From Eledone cirrhosa (lineage: Eukaryota): DNA of 64,000 nucleotides. A model generated the notes under the pieces. That model was given only the letters and a program-made list of their open reading frames with translations, did no database searches and was not told the DNA's origin. Position numbers and translations under genes: made by a program. Positions 39,925 through 54,348 of the stretch are shown here, in pieces (the first letter of the stretch is position 1; the number at the start of each line of letters is the position of its first letter). The stretch spans positions 384,958,001 to 385,022,000 of the forward strand of contig OZ024740.1 in NCBI GenBank assembly GCA_964016885.1, written 5' to 3'.

Positions 39925-41590
39925 TTGGTGCTCGTTTGCTACGGATGTGTTCACATCAGACCCAGAAGGTTGGTTATTTTAAGTTGTTTCAAAGTGGAAT
40001 TTGTTGAATATGTTTTTCAATAAGGTCCCATTCATTCGCCTGTGTACCATAATATTTGGGCCTTTTGGCCCAAATATTTGAACTCTTTTATTCTTTCCAA
40101 TTTTTGTTTCGAAAAGAAAAAGAAAACAAGGCTGATTCACCCCCCCCCCCTCCCGCCCAATTTTAATCCAACTGTCGTGTAACAGCAGCTGAAAGGTTGA
40201 GAGGAGGGATACGGCAGATACAACCTGCACCATTGCTAACACAAGTAAAAAATATTTAATACGAATACAACATGCAACAACAAATGTAACAACACCACCA
40301 CAAACAAAATGAACAATGACACCAACAACAGCAACAGTGAGAACATTAACAGTTGTAACAGTGACAACCAAAACACGGACAACAGAAAAACCATGAAATT
40401 AACAACTCAACATGAATAGCGACAGCACCAACAGTAACAAAGAAACAAGAGAAGAAAGTAAAAACATCAACACCAAAAATAGCACCAACTGCAACAACGA
40501 TAACACCAACAAGAACAACGATAACAACACCAACAACAACTGCAACTCCAACGACAACACCAACAACAACAACATCAATAACGACAACAAAGAGAAAAAC
40601 TCTTTCGCTGTCGTAGAGCCATGGAAGCTCATCAAACAGGAGCAAACCTGGGCAAATCTAACTGTCCTGACAGAGGCCTTTCAGGCTTGGAGAGGAGAAC
40701 ACTTGTCTTTAGATGCATCTTCAGAGGCTGGATCGCTGCAATGCACAGCGGCATCTGCTCGGTGGTCAAAGTTAATAGCCACCTCTCAGATCCGTTTCAG
40801 ATCTTCCGATCGGTCCGTCGAGGAGGCCCGCTCTACTCCCTTCTGTACGTATTGACTCTCGAGCCTTTACTGCAGAAGCTGGAACCGTTGCAAGGCATCC
40901 CGCTCGAACCGGGACGCGGAAGGGCTGCATCGGCATACGCAGATGATATAACCGTGATGGTGTCGAACACCTCGGAAATCGAGTTTGTCGGCACCTTATT
41001 GGAGGAATATGAAAAGTTGACAGGAGCGAAACTAAACTCGGAAAAGTCGGTGGGTTTGCAGTTCGGCACCTGGAGTAGCAAATCCATGTCATCCAACAGC
41101 GTCGTCGAGCGCTAGACGGACGGACCTGTAAAGTTGCTGCGGGTTTGGTTCGGACCAGACTTGCAAGTGAATAAGAATTAGGACGAGTTGCCGATCAGCG
41201 TAGCCACACTCACCCATAAATGGGTCAAGAGGAAGCTTTCCTTGAAAGGTCGGCGGAGGTGGCAAACGCGTATATCGCGTCCGTCATATATGACTGCCTA
41301 GCCGTCGTCCCTTGCCCCCGTTCATGGCTCGCGAAATTGGAGCGGCTCCTCTTTAAGTTTTTGTGGAGGGGACATGTTCCGTTGGTGAGGCGGTCCATCT
41401 GCTGCCAGCACCCTCTACGCGGAGGGCTGGGCATGCCGTGGCTAATGGTGCGCAAACATGTACTGAAGCAGCGACATCTCCAGATATTCTGCCTGAACGG
41501 TGAACAGGTGAGGTCTTTGACTGAGCTGCAGTCCTGAGTAAAGAAGAAACCATACTGGGCGACTGGCATCCTGAATGATGCCAGCCGCTC
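39925..41590 (+). mobile_element. Internally deleted Tx1-type LINE copy (ORF1-like part joined to RT fragment 40663-41590)
   Basis: RSVRRGGPLYSLLYVLTLEPLL, SAYADDITV, KLNSEKSVGL and GGLGMPWL motifs; paralogous to 43850-44750. Confidence 0.85.
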
Positions 41591-44500
41591 ACTACCAAAC
41601 ACCAACACCATCACCATCATTAACCCCAACACCACCATCACCCACACCACAAAAGTCACCAAAAAGCGAAACAGAAACAAACCCACAACAAACGCAAAGA
41701 AAACAAAAAACCAAAACGATACACACTACATAGCATTAAATTTGAACAACAACCAATTATTACACTACATCCAACACAACACCAGCATCACAGAAAAAGA
41801 CTACACAACAACCCAAAAGTTCACACCACCTCCACACATACAAATCACTCGCATCACACAGAAAACGTACACAACACTAAAACAAAAATTCCCCAAAGAC
41901 ATCGGAGACTTCCGACAAGCACTCTCCAGGAGGATTTATAAGGACATCCTTCCGGAGGAGGCCACAAGCAGTGAAAAGGATGGAGAAACTATCCTTCCTC
42001 TACGAGAAGTAAGGTAAGTGGTCTTTCCCATCTTTTCCACTCCATTTCAACATGACTTCACTCAGAATAGGCAGCATAAATGCGCGTGGCTTGGGGTCGT
42101 CATGGAAGCAGGGCCACCTGCTAAACGACCTCAGGTCACTAAACATAGATGTAGTGGCCATCAGCGAGACCAGAATCTCCGAAGCACAGGCTTTCGCACC
42201 GATCTTCGGCGGCTACGATGTGTACGGATCTCCCAGCCGTCCTGGATCGGAGGGAGGAGTTGCTGTGATTTTTCGGAGAGGTTTGGAACTCACCATACGG
42301 GCCATCTTCCTGGACCCAGAAGGTAAGTTGGTGGTGCAGGACGTGACCAGCGGAGACGGGCAAGCTTTCAGGCTAGTGGACGTCTATGCCCCGACAGGAG
42401 CAGGGCGGCCTGATTTCTTCCGGCGTCTGGAGACCTTTCTTGGAACGTCCCACTCTTTAGTGTTACTGGGTGACTGGAACGGGATCTTAGATGCACGCTG
42501 GGACTGTGTGGGATTAGCGGATAGGGGAGGAGGGTGAAAGAGCCTCACCAACCTCCCCAGGCGTTTTGAACTGTCTGACAGATACCGATTGGATTTCCCG
42601 AATGTGCCAATGTGGACTTAGACAAATCTCATAGGGTCATCCAGATCATATCTAGATAGGGTATTTTGTAGGGAAATAGATAGGTCTAGCATAGGCTGTC
42701 CACAATTCAAGATAGTCAGCTACACGGACCACAAATTCGTGATCTGTGTGCTTGACTTAGATATGCTTCATAGACGATGACCCGGCTACTGGAAGCTAAA
42801 CGCGTCCTTACCAGCGCGCAAGGCCTACAGAGACCGGATTAGCGAACTAGTTAAGCGGGCGCTGACGGGGGCCATCGGAACAACAAGTGGTGGTTTTCTC
42901 TGAAAAGAGCGATTAGAATAGAGTCCATTAGGTTTAGTAAGACTTTAGCAATAGAGAAAAATAGAGCAGAGGGAGAACTTGTTAGAAAATTAGACGAGGC
43001 GCTTAGCAAAGGCATCGCGACCGACGTACTTGCGGCGAAATTGGCCCTTGACCAATTCTTCAATGCAAAGCACGAAGGCTACGTTGTCAAAGCTAGGGTG
43101 TGTGCTCTCAGACACGAGGGGACGAATGCCGTTCAATGGGCCGGAGTGGTGGAGGCGCGTCGTGGCAACAAAGCCACGATCCGGTCTTTGGTGGACCACG
43201 ACGGGAGCATGCTACTCGATCCCGGGCAAATGTGTGAAGCTTTTCAGCGACAATTCGCACAGCTCTTCGGGGAAGCGTCGGGCCGGATCGAGGGATGGAC
43301 TTTAGTGTCTACCTCGACGGACTGACGCAATTCTTGGCCACTAAGGCGGAGGGTTGCGTAAAGCCGATAACGCTGAAGTACGGGAGGCAATGACTGGCTG
43401 CACAAGGGGTAAATCGCCTGGTTTGGATGGTCTGCCCTATGAACTTTACGTACAGATGCCAGACTTGTTCGGAGGCCTCTTGGCGGACGTCTACTGCAAT
43501 TGGCAACAGAACGGGAGAATTCCCATCTCTGTGAGCCGAGGAGCTGTGGCGCTCCTGAGAAATGATCCAAACAAGGGGATAACATAGATAATTTCAGGCC
43601 CATAACTCTGCTAAACACAGAGTTCAAGATTTTGGCCAATGTGCTAGCAAAGAGTTTGGCGCTTGTCGTTGGTGGTCTGGTGGGAGAGGCGCAGACATGC
43701 GCCATTCCCGACAGATCCATCCACGACAACCTCCACCTCATGCGATACATGGTAGAAAGGGTAGCTAGGGAACCTGGCACGGGTGGGTCCTTGATCAATT
43801 TAGATCACTCGAAAGCTTTCGATAGGGTCGACCATCGTTAACTGCGGCAGTCCTGAGGGCCCGTCTTCAGAGGCTGGATCGCTGCCATGCACAGCGACAT
43901 CTGCTTTGTGGTGAGAGTGAACGGTCACCTTTCGGAACCGTTCAACATTATGCGCTCGGTCCGCCAAGGATGTCCCCTCCCGTCCCTGTTGTTCGTATTG
44001 ACTCTCGAGCCATTACTTCACAAACTGGAGAAGTTGAGAGGCGTCCCACGCGAACTAGGATGCGGAAGATCCGTGTCAGCATATGCGGACGATGTCACCG
44101 TAGTGGTGTCGAACGCCAAACACATCGAGGCCATCGGCACTACACTAAGAGAATACGAAGCGGTGACAGGAGCAATGATCAACCAGGAAAAATCAGTGGG
44201 CCTGCAGCTCGGCACCTGGAGAGGAAGGTCCATGCCATCCAACAGCGTCGTCGGACGCTGGCCGTCGGACCGGTTAAATTGCTATGGGTCTGGTTCTGTC
44301 CGGAGCTCCAGACAGACAAAAACTGGGACGAGGTGACGAGCAGGGTGGCTTCTCTCACCCAGAAATGGGCGGAGAGGAAGCTATCCCTGAAAGGTCGAGC
44401 GGAGGTGGCTAATGCGTACATCGCGTCTGTCATCTGCTACCGATTGACCGTCGTACCTTGTCCTAAGCCCCGCCTGACTGCGCTGGAGCGTTTGCTCTTT

Positions 44501-45730
44501 CGCTTTTTGTGGAAGAGACGCGCTCCGATGGTCAGGCGGTCCATCTGTTGTCAACACTCGCTACGTGGAGGGCTGGGCATGCCGTGGCTGATGATGCGCA
44601 GACACGCGCTCAGGCTAAGACATCTCCACCTCTTCCTCGACGGTGATCAGGTGTGGTCGCCGTTTGCTAGACACGTCTTTCCCCAGCTCGTTTCCTTGAC
44701 GGAGCTGCAGTCCTGGGTCAAGCGAAGACGGAGAGGGAGCGCTTGGAGACTGGAATGTCTTCAGGCGCTCACAGCCCTCGACCAATCGGGCAACGTGATC
44801 CACTTCGGCGTTCTATAGAAGATTAGTGGAGGGAAAGAGCGACGATGTACTTGGGGAAACTCTAGGCGTCGATGAAAATCAACTAGCCAATCTCTTCGGA
44901 AGAACTTTCGGGCCGGGGCCTATGTACAACTTCCAGAAATCCCTGGCCTGGCAGTGCTACCGAGGAACCTTGCCAGTTCGGGATAAACTCTACAGGCATG
45001 GAGGTGCCGTCAGCCGGGCATGTCCGAGATGCGCGCAGGGTGACGAAACCGTCCTGCACGCACTCGTCCAGTGTCCGAGAAATTCTGACTTGTAGGTTTA
45101 TGTCGAACACCTGCTGTCGCGTCTAGGACGGATCCACCTATCAGCTGAGTCCATCGTGAGGATTGCCCCGCCCTCTTCCTTTAGCCGGGAAGGGCAGGCA
45201 GTTTTTATCTGTCTGTTGGCCATGGCGAAAGAGATAGTATGGTGAACACGTTTGAAAGGGCTGAAGACGAGCACTTACCTCTTCGGTGATGCCCTGATTG
45301 ACTTTTTCAAATTTCATTTGAAAAGGAAAATCAGAGTAGAGAGGGAAGTGCTCTCTTCCCAGCATTTTGTTGAAAGATGGGTGAGAGAAGCAAGAATGGC
45401 CCGAGTGAATGGGCCTACTCTGAGTATGTGTCTGTAAATTAAAGGTCGAAAACTGGGAGAGGGCACATGCCTTGGTGGTCAGGGTCACTGTGGCCTTTTA
45501 ATGGGCTTTCTCCACAAATGTCCCTCCGAAATCTCCCCCCTATTGGGGAATTTTTCATTGTTATTTTTTTGTTACATCCTCTTTTTTTGTTTTTTACACG
45601 CAGAAATGTCCATTTGTACTGTCCTGTATTGTCTTGCACTGTCCTTAATGTCTACTTTATGTAAACCCTTGTGGTTAATAAAGAAATCATTATTAGTATA
45701 ATTATTATTACTATTATTATTATTATTATT
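41591..45730 (+). mobile_element. Tx1-type (L1 group) non-LTR retrotransposon: ORF1 tail, ORF2, 3' UTR, AATAAA and (TTA)n tail
   Basis: ORF1-like frame ends at 42017; GC-rich ORF2 follows; aataaa at 45677, then TTA repeats. Confidence 0.9.
42052..45437 (+). pseudogene. Tx1/L1 ORF2 (APE endonuclease, RT, CCHC finger), broken by stops and frameshifts
   Basis: SINARGL, VVAISET, VYAP, LLGDWNG, YLDRV, TDHK, GYWKLNAS, KSPGLDGLP, FRPITLLN, KAFDRV, SVRQGCPL, YADDV and CPRCAQGDETVLHALVQC appear in the expected order across frames. Confidence 0.95.
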
Positions 45731-46895
45731 TTAGCATCATCATCATCTATTTTTCTGGCGGAAATACCCGTCACTTTGTCGCTTTGAAGTATAATGTTTC
45801 AACAATTGTAAATAAAAGGAAGGAGCATTACTTTTTTAATTCCTTATTCAATATACCCTTCTAGGGTGGCTTTAGATACCTCTCTTAAACAGAGAAAGAA
45901 AAGGGGATTACTTAATTTTAGACTTTTTAAGCATTAATTTTTGTATACATCTTTAAACTTACTAAAATGGCTTAGACTCAAAAGAGATAACGCCTACCAA
46001 AAATGAAATATAACAGCAGAGAAACAAACAAGTCAAAAAGTGAAAGCCAATTTAATCTCACAGCAAAATGTAAACACTTGACAAGGAGAAAGATATAATA
46101 ATCTGTTGGCAGAAAAAAAAACAAATATTGAAGTAGACATTAGCAATGATATACTAAACAACAAGCATATATATTCAAAAACGCTTTCTTTGCCAACGGT
46201 TATAACTGACACAAACGCAATTCGCCAAGTGAAGCAATGAATGTAGATTTCCAATTAAGAGCCACGGAAAGCATTTGTAACCTTACTTCTTTCGCTGGAG
46301 TTACTTCAAATAGACATATCCTTAATATGAATTATCTGGCAAAGAAAAAGAATCTGACTTGAGGAGATACAAGGCAAAAAGAAAGAACTTTAAATACGTC
46401 AATCAATCCTTTATCAGATATTGTGACAGAAAGAGTATAACTCGTGTTTATATTTTGATAGACACGGGGTCGGGGGATTTCCTCCTGCCACCTACGATCA
46501 ATTGCATGAAGTACTAGCCAGCATATAGAAATGACATATACACCATTTATTTAAAAAATAATCATGAAAATATATGTGTAATATTCAAAGTAGATGACGA
46601 AGTAGAAAAACAAACCAAAATACTGAGCTACATACTGGCCCCAAAACAAATACTACAAAACATTGGATAGCGAATTGCAGGGGCTATGCTGAGAAATATT
46701 GAGAATGACATTGATCACTTTCGTGGTGTATTACGGGCGGGTTGTAAGCATTGAATTAAACAAAAATGTCCCAATTATCACCCGCCAGAAATGCCCATAG
46801 AGATATTCGTGGGTGTAGAATAAGTGCTGAAACTCATGGTATTAAGAACCTTTGCTTACATGAACTAATGAACTAGAAAGGTGAGGAGTATATAT

Positions 46896-46942
<47 letters not shown>

Positions 46943-47369
46943 TGAACAGCCGAGATGGAGAGAGAGAATGGAGAGCGTCAAACAGCAGTAAGCAGAGAAG
47001 CAGCAACAAGATCCAGGAGTCACTGCCCTAAATATCTCACCAGTCAGGCAATCACCCGATGCAGTCCTGAAAATTTCAATTCTTTTGTCTGACACTGTCA
47101 ATTTAATCAATGCTAGAATAGCGTTTGGTATATCAAAATAAGTTGTAGATAGTTAAGGGAGATTTATCCAGTGGTGTTCAGCTACCATCTGGAAAATGTG
47201 ATAATTATTCTAAAGTAGCTGGTTGTAAATATCTGGGTATACAAGAATCAAATAACATTTTAGCTAAATAAATGAAGAGTGTAAAAGAAACGTATTCAGC
47301 AATATACGTGTGAGTGTATGTGTGTGTATGCGTACGTGTACAAATATATTTATATATGGGTTTGTATGC

Positions 47370-47411
<42 letters not shown>

Positions 47412-47489
47412 GGGGTGTTCCCGTCGATATAGACTTATCAGTATATGAACAACTATTCAGTTCATTCAGTTTGCATGTCTATGACATTT

Positions 47490-47581
47490 TAGACCTACCA
47501 AGGATTTGAAGCATGTCCACAGATCGTGCAAGAGTGAGATTACTGGATAATGTTGCAAATATGTTTGATAATACTTCCCCC

Positions 47582-47667
<86 letters not shown>

Positions 47668-48605
47668 TCTCTCTCTTTGTAGCCAATGGATACAACGGGA
47701 TTCGAAGTTCTTAATCCCATTATGACACACAAATCGCCAGTTCCTCCGCTCCAAGGCCACTTGCTCAAATATCTCATAAGTTATATTGGTTGCTGAAATA
47801 TTACTCTTCACCCTGTCTTTCTACCTAACCTATGGCCGTCCAACAATATATACACCATCAAGTTGGTTATAGGACTTTTGGTATACTTGTGTCAGTCATT
47901 CTAATGACATGACCAGACCAGCGTAGTTGCGATTTCATAAAGTAGGTTTCAATGCCTCCAATCTTGCACTTAATGAAGAGGTCAGCGTTAGATATTTTGT
48001 CATCAAATGTATACCCACACATAGCGCGAAAACAACCTTTATGAAAGACGTCCAGTTGGTTAATGTGTGAACTATAAGGAGTCCAATAATCTTATCCATG
48101 TAAAAGTATGGTCAATACAACAGCTTTATAAATATGTATTTTGGTCTCTAGTTTTATGTTCCTTTCATTCCAAAGGTGATGACGGAGATTGCCAAATGCT
48201 CTCGTGGTTTTATTTATACGATTAATTATACCGTCATCGAGAGATGAATTTGACTTCACCTTACTGTCAAGATATATGAACGATTTCATATACTTGAGAT
48301 TTTTTCCATCGATTTTTCCCATCTGGGAACTGGTAAACTGGTGGTTTCTTTTTGATGACTTGTATTTGTTTGGGCTTTGAGCATGGCTGCTGGATCGCCT
48401 CTGATTTCTGGTATCTAGATACGTATTAACTTTGAATCGTTGATATTTGAAGAGTCCGCCACTAGTTCGAAATTGGAATCTGACACGTGTCTTTTTCACC
48501 AAAGGCACATTTCAGCATCACTGAGAAGAAAAGGTAAAAAAGAACTGCAGCCATAACAGCTTTGTTTTGTCCCATTTTCCACATCAAAGGAATCCAACAA
48601 CTCCC
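47490..48605 (-). mobile_element. Degenerate RTE (BovB-like) LINE 3' portion interrupted by a (GA)n run
   Basis: FRTSGGLF, FIYLDS, RINKTTRAFGNLRHHLWNERNIKLETKIHIYKAVVLTILLHG, then QLRWSGHVIRM at about 47897-47932. Confidence 0.88.
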
Positions 48606-48629
48606 CTACATCATAAGCAATTAGCCAAA

Positions 48630-48900
48630 GATGTCATTACGATACTATCTACCTACATGCATGATGTAGTGGCCAAAACATTATACAATGCAATCTGTGA
48701 AAAGGATAGACCTGAGAATAAAATATAAAACGTTACAATGAAGTAGAAGCCATATGCATACATTATATGAAAGAGTACTTGTGGAATGTTCAAATTAAAA
48801 CCCCAGTAAAATGTAAACATAACAGATAAGACATAGTCATATGAAACAGAGAAAAGAGGAATGCACAGCAGTGGTACTCAACTGTCCAGCAGATGTCAAT
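48630..48900 (+). mobile_element. Restriction-like endonuclease domain fragment of an R4/Dong-type non-LTR element
   Basis: HDVVAKTLYNAIC...EYLWNVQIKTPVKCKHNR*DIVI...CPADVN matches the RHD...W...NRPDIV pattern. Ends at a TA run. Confidence 0.72.
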
Positions 48901-49429
48901 CTATATATATATATATATAAGAGAGATGTTTATTGGTTTGTTGGTTGAATCACACGACAAATACACACAGACACACACGAACACACACACACACACATAC
49001 ATACACATCTAAAGAGAAATAGAGAGACAGAAGGAGCGACAGAAAGAGAGAGATAGAGATACAATCAAAGAGTTAGATATTCAGAAAGAGACAGAGAGTA
49101 ACATCCCACGAAAGTCTAGAGATGGCTTAAACTATAAATCCTTTGATCAACAGGAAGGTTTAACAATATTGCGTTAGCTTTTATAAAGTCGTTTTACAAT
49201 CTTTGATTTTACAGAACAAAGAAAGATTGATACTATTTTCAATTAATCTACCTCCAGCTTTTATCCATATACTATTACAGACCGTAATGACGAAGCTAAA
49301 CACTTCAAAAGCAATGTTATGCGGTATATTGCTGCGTAAATTTTGGTCAAGACTAAGTCTATCAACATGATTCTTAACCGACTTTACTACATTCGTATTC
49401 TATATATATGTATATATATATATATGAGA

Positions 49430-49554
49430 CCTGGATTCAATCGGGGATAATCACAGTTAATATAGAAATGGCTTCTACAGGACTTGAACTGATTCATTCA
49501 AAAGAAATCAGGAAAGACTTTTAAATGACACAGTTCTAGTCCTGTTGAACCATT

Positions 49555-49556
<2 letters not shown>
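49430..49556. mobile_element. Degenerate family B repeat pair (head-to-head), hammerhead cores decayed
   Basis: aatatagaaatggcttctacaggac and cagttctagtcctgt match 4680-4770 and 28345-28380. ggattcaatcggggataa matches 4800-4820 in reverse. Confidence 0.7.
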
Positions 49557-49605
<49 letters not shown>

Positions 49606-49611
49606 GGGTGT

Positions 49612-49684
<73 letters not shown>

Positions 49685-50294
49685 TATCAGTGTGTATATT
49701 CCTATTTTATTAAATAATATTTTAATGTTTACATATATGTGTGCCTGTGTGTATCCATACATACACATGTACATACATACATACACAGTGTCTTGCATGT
49801 GTACGTATGTATGTAAGTATGAATTAAGAACATACAATGCTGGAATATATTTAGATGTTTAGAAGCATATCGAAATAAATGCACAACTTCGAATTTTGTT
49901 TTAATTCCCATTAGAATTTACTTAACTGAAAGCCGCGATACGAAGAAAAAAGAGATTATTGCCATATAGAAATGCTTCTTAATTCCCATATCGTAAGATA
50001 ATATATATATTGGCATTAGCCTTACAGCCGTTAAGAAATTATCACATACTTTTACACTGTCAAAAAATTAAGACACTTACTTATTCTAAAGTATGTTTAA
50101 AGCAAATGTTTTAGATATAGAGTTTTTTTATTCACAGATTTTACACCTACCTACTCACCCAACTACACACTCATACACTGACACACACACATATGTATAT
50201 ATATATATAGATATATGCACACATACAGTACACACGTACATAGTACATATTACACACTCACATATGAATATAAATATATGTATATACTGTATAC

Positions 50295-50328
<34 letters not shown>

Positions 50329-50498
50329 GTAAGATATATTATTATATATATATATATATACATATATATATACATATATGTGCATACATGCAGACACAAA
50401 CACACACAAACTCACACAAAACACACACACATACATACATACATACATACATACATACATACATACATACATACATACATACATACATACATACATAA

Positions 50499-50530
<32 letters not shown>

Positions 50531-51162
50531 CACATACATACACACATACAAACGTAAATACAAATATTTATTAAGAATTTAAAATACACAAATTGATATC
50601 GAAATGTATGTAAAGGCATGACCGAGTTCTTAACAAGATCGCTTTGCAATCTTCGCGTGCAGAGTTCGGTCCTCCTCCCGAGCTTATTGGGTGGTGTCTG
50701 TTCCCCATAGCATCGGCCCGACCTACGTCTTTCGAGTGAAATTATGTAACCAGAAACTGGGGAAGCCCCTCAGTTAACCTGTAACTATACTTCAATGCCC
50801 AGCCTTGTCGTCCTAAGAGATAGGTGTGTGTGTATGGTGAATACTACTCCATATTGCTCGCTAATTCTAAAAGGTTATTAAGTTGCTCGAACATCTGTAC
50901 GCTCATATGTCCTTCTCAATGATAGAACACATCACATATATTTTTTGTAATACTTCCATATAATACAAAATTAATGATGTGATATTACTGATCATGTTAG
51001 TACAAACTTGCTCTCGTACAGATTGCGTATTTGCCTTCTGACATAGATCGATATATTTATATATATATATTTATATATATAACGATAAAGTGACAGACAG
51101 AGAAGGAAAAACACAGACAGCTGATAGATGGATCAATGAATAGCTAAATAGATACAGCTTGG

Positions 51163-51195
<33 letters not shown>

Positions 51196-51213
51196 GTATA
51201 TATATAGAGAGAG

Positions 51214-51261
<48 letters not shown>

Positions 51262-51363
51262 GCATATACGTAAGACTGTTATTGCTCCAACCAGACTACT
51301 CAATATCAATAACAACCCTAAATATACATGCACATACATTACACATATTTACATTATATATAC

Positions 51364-51398
<35 letters not shown>

Positions 51399-51405
<7 letters not shown>

Positions 51406-51512
51406 ACTAGAAATTGATTAACATATAAATAAACATGAATAATCACAGGAGATAATTATCTCCTGTGATTATTCATGTTTATTTATATGTTAATCAATTT
51501 CTAGTTATTATA
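51399..51512. repeat. Perfect 114-bp palindrome with no spacer
   Basis: 57-bp arms centred between 51455 and 51456 (gataa|ttatc). Confidence 0.95.
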
Positions 51513-51638
51513 AAATGCTCGGGCGTATTCGTTAGAATCTTAGAGCTTATTTTGCGGGTGATATGGCGCATGTCTTTCTGGGATAACACCCATAATTTTG
51601 ATTATCTTAATTTTGGATATAGATATATATATATATAT

Positions 51639-51692
51639 ATGTAAGTATGTATGTATACGTACATGCATATATGTATACAGACGTACAGTAGC

Positions 51693-51753
<61 letters not shown>

Positions 51754-51949
51754 CAGGTACACATATATATATGTACGTATCAGTTTAGCGAACGTTTATT
51801 ATAACGCTCGCTTTGTCCGTTTGTAAACAAACGGACAGCCTGATTTATGCCGTACGGTGATAAGGCAACCACGTCACCTTTTTTCTAGTTATGTATAAAC
51901 GTTATAATAAACGTTCGCTAAACTGATACGTACATATATATATGTGTAC

Positions 51950-52037
<88 letters not shown>

Positions 52038-52463
52038 GCTACTGTACGTCTGTATACATGTATGAATGTACGTATACATACATACATACTTACATTTAAG
52101 TAAGTGCCGTACTAAGAGTGAGAAATGAAATTTCGTTTCATTCTATTCCAATTTATCGTTTTCGGTGCGCCTGGCCGACTGAACTCACTCAATATGCAAA
52201 TTAGGCTGGTCAGCCGTTAATTTTCATAAGGAAAGTATATACTTTCGAACGCTCAACCATCTGGCAGAAGGGTATACGGTGCTGACGATAGCTAACTAGC
52301 TTGAAACTAGTACATCGTTCCTGTGTCAGTGTTGAACAAAAAGGTGACGTGGTTGCCTTAACACCGTACGGCATAAATCAGGCTGTCCGTGTGTTTACAA
52401 ACGGACAAAGCGAGCGTTATAATAAACGTTCGCTAAACTGATACGTACATATATGTGTACCTG

Positions 52464-52512
<49 letters not shown>

Positions 52513-52621
52513 GCTACTGTACGTCTGTATACATATATGTATGTACGTATACATACATACTTACATTTAAGTAAGTGCCGTACTAAGAGTGAGAAATGAA
52601 ATTTCGTTTCATTCTATTCCA

Positions 52622-52627
<6 letters not shown>
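51639..52627 (+). mobile_element. Retrozyme-like or pLTR-like non-coding repeat (family C): inverted partial copy plus about 1.5 tandem units of roughly 470 bp
   Basis: 51900-52156 recurs at 52415-52627; 51639-51884 is the reverse complement of about 52338-52566; hammerhead at 52277; flanked by (TA)n. Confidence 0.82.
52277..52317 (+). ncRNA. Minimal type I hammerhead ribozyme with palindromic helix III
   Basis: cggtg-CTGACGA-t-agct-aact-agct-t-GAAA-ctag-TA-catcg. Helix I 5 bp, helix III ACTAGT. Confidence 0.88.
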
Positions 52628-52685
<58 letters not shown>

Positions 52686-53237
52686 TGCGGTGACTACAAC
52701 CACATTACGAAATAAGCATTGTTCCAGTCACTTCCGTACGCCCTTGACCTTCAACACTCAAACAATCCACCAAGGTGATGTGATGTCACACATCGGAATC
52801 GGCATGCCCACTTTTCACCACATAACATAAAAACCAAAATAATAGTCAAGAAAAGACCAAACTATTAAATGAGCGAAACGATCACAAGATGAAGAATACA
52901 AGAAGTTTCGTCCCTACACCATAACCTAAAATCCCAAATAAAAATTTAAAAAAATACGAAATATATTACGAAATACGCAAAATGAATGCATGATGAAAAA
53001 TATAAATAAATATGATGTTAGATAATCCGATAACTAAAGGCGATGATAGAGAGAAAGAGAGGTTGATTTACATAGGTAAATGGCCAAACTAGATATAAAA
53101 GACATTTAGTATATATGTGGGAAATTTATATCATAAATATGATATACCAAACACTTAATTCAACAAGATATATATATATATACACACACATGCGCATAAA
53201 TAACACAAACACACACCCACAAACACACATACACACA

Positions 53238-53330
<93 letters not shown>

Positions 53331-53609
53331 ACGTATATTTGATAATATACTGTATGTGTATATGTATATAATGTCAACATAATCGTTATCTACATCTTCG
53401 AAGATGTCTCAGCAAAATATACGTTATTAAGAAATGTGTGTGGAAACGATATATCCTTGTATCATCTATCTATCGTTATCAGTCTGAACATCTGTACATC
53501 CCTAAGTTTCTATCTATATCTATTTTTCAACTTATATATATATATATATATCCACTTATTTATTCGTCTACCTATCTCCTTATCTACCTATCTATCCATC
53601 TCTTTCTAT

Positions 53610-54141
<532 letters not shown>

Positions 54142-54293
54142 TTTGAGTATATGTTGGTTGTTTACCGACACCTCAGTATGCAGATTGGAGCACTCGACGA
54201 AGTACGCAGGTTGGTTTGTTTACTCCGGAGTAATGTAAAATAATTAAGTCAAATAGGTAAAATTTAGCTTCGTTTATTATATATTATAGATAT

Positions 54294-54348
54294 ACTGCTA
54301 TATATATTTCGGTGACAGCCATCATTGACTGTGACGTCTTGAGGCAGT
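54294..54348 (-). ncRNA. Decayed minimal hammerhead (G5C core mutation)
   Basis: Minus strand: actgc-CTCAAGA-cgtcacag-loop-ctgtcacc-GAAA-tatata-TA-gcagt. Helix I actgc/gcagt; helix II resembles that at 19304-19321. Confidence 0.68.

Noticed and set aside
40399-40855. Asn-rich ORF and antisense Val/Leu-rich ORFs as genes
   Set aside because: CAA-rich low-complexity part of the Tx1 ORF1-like region.
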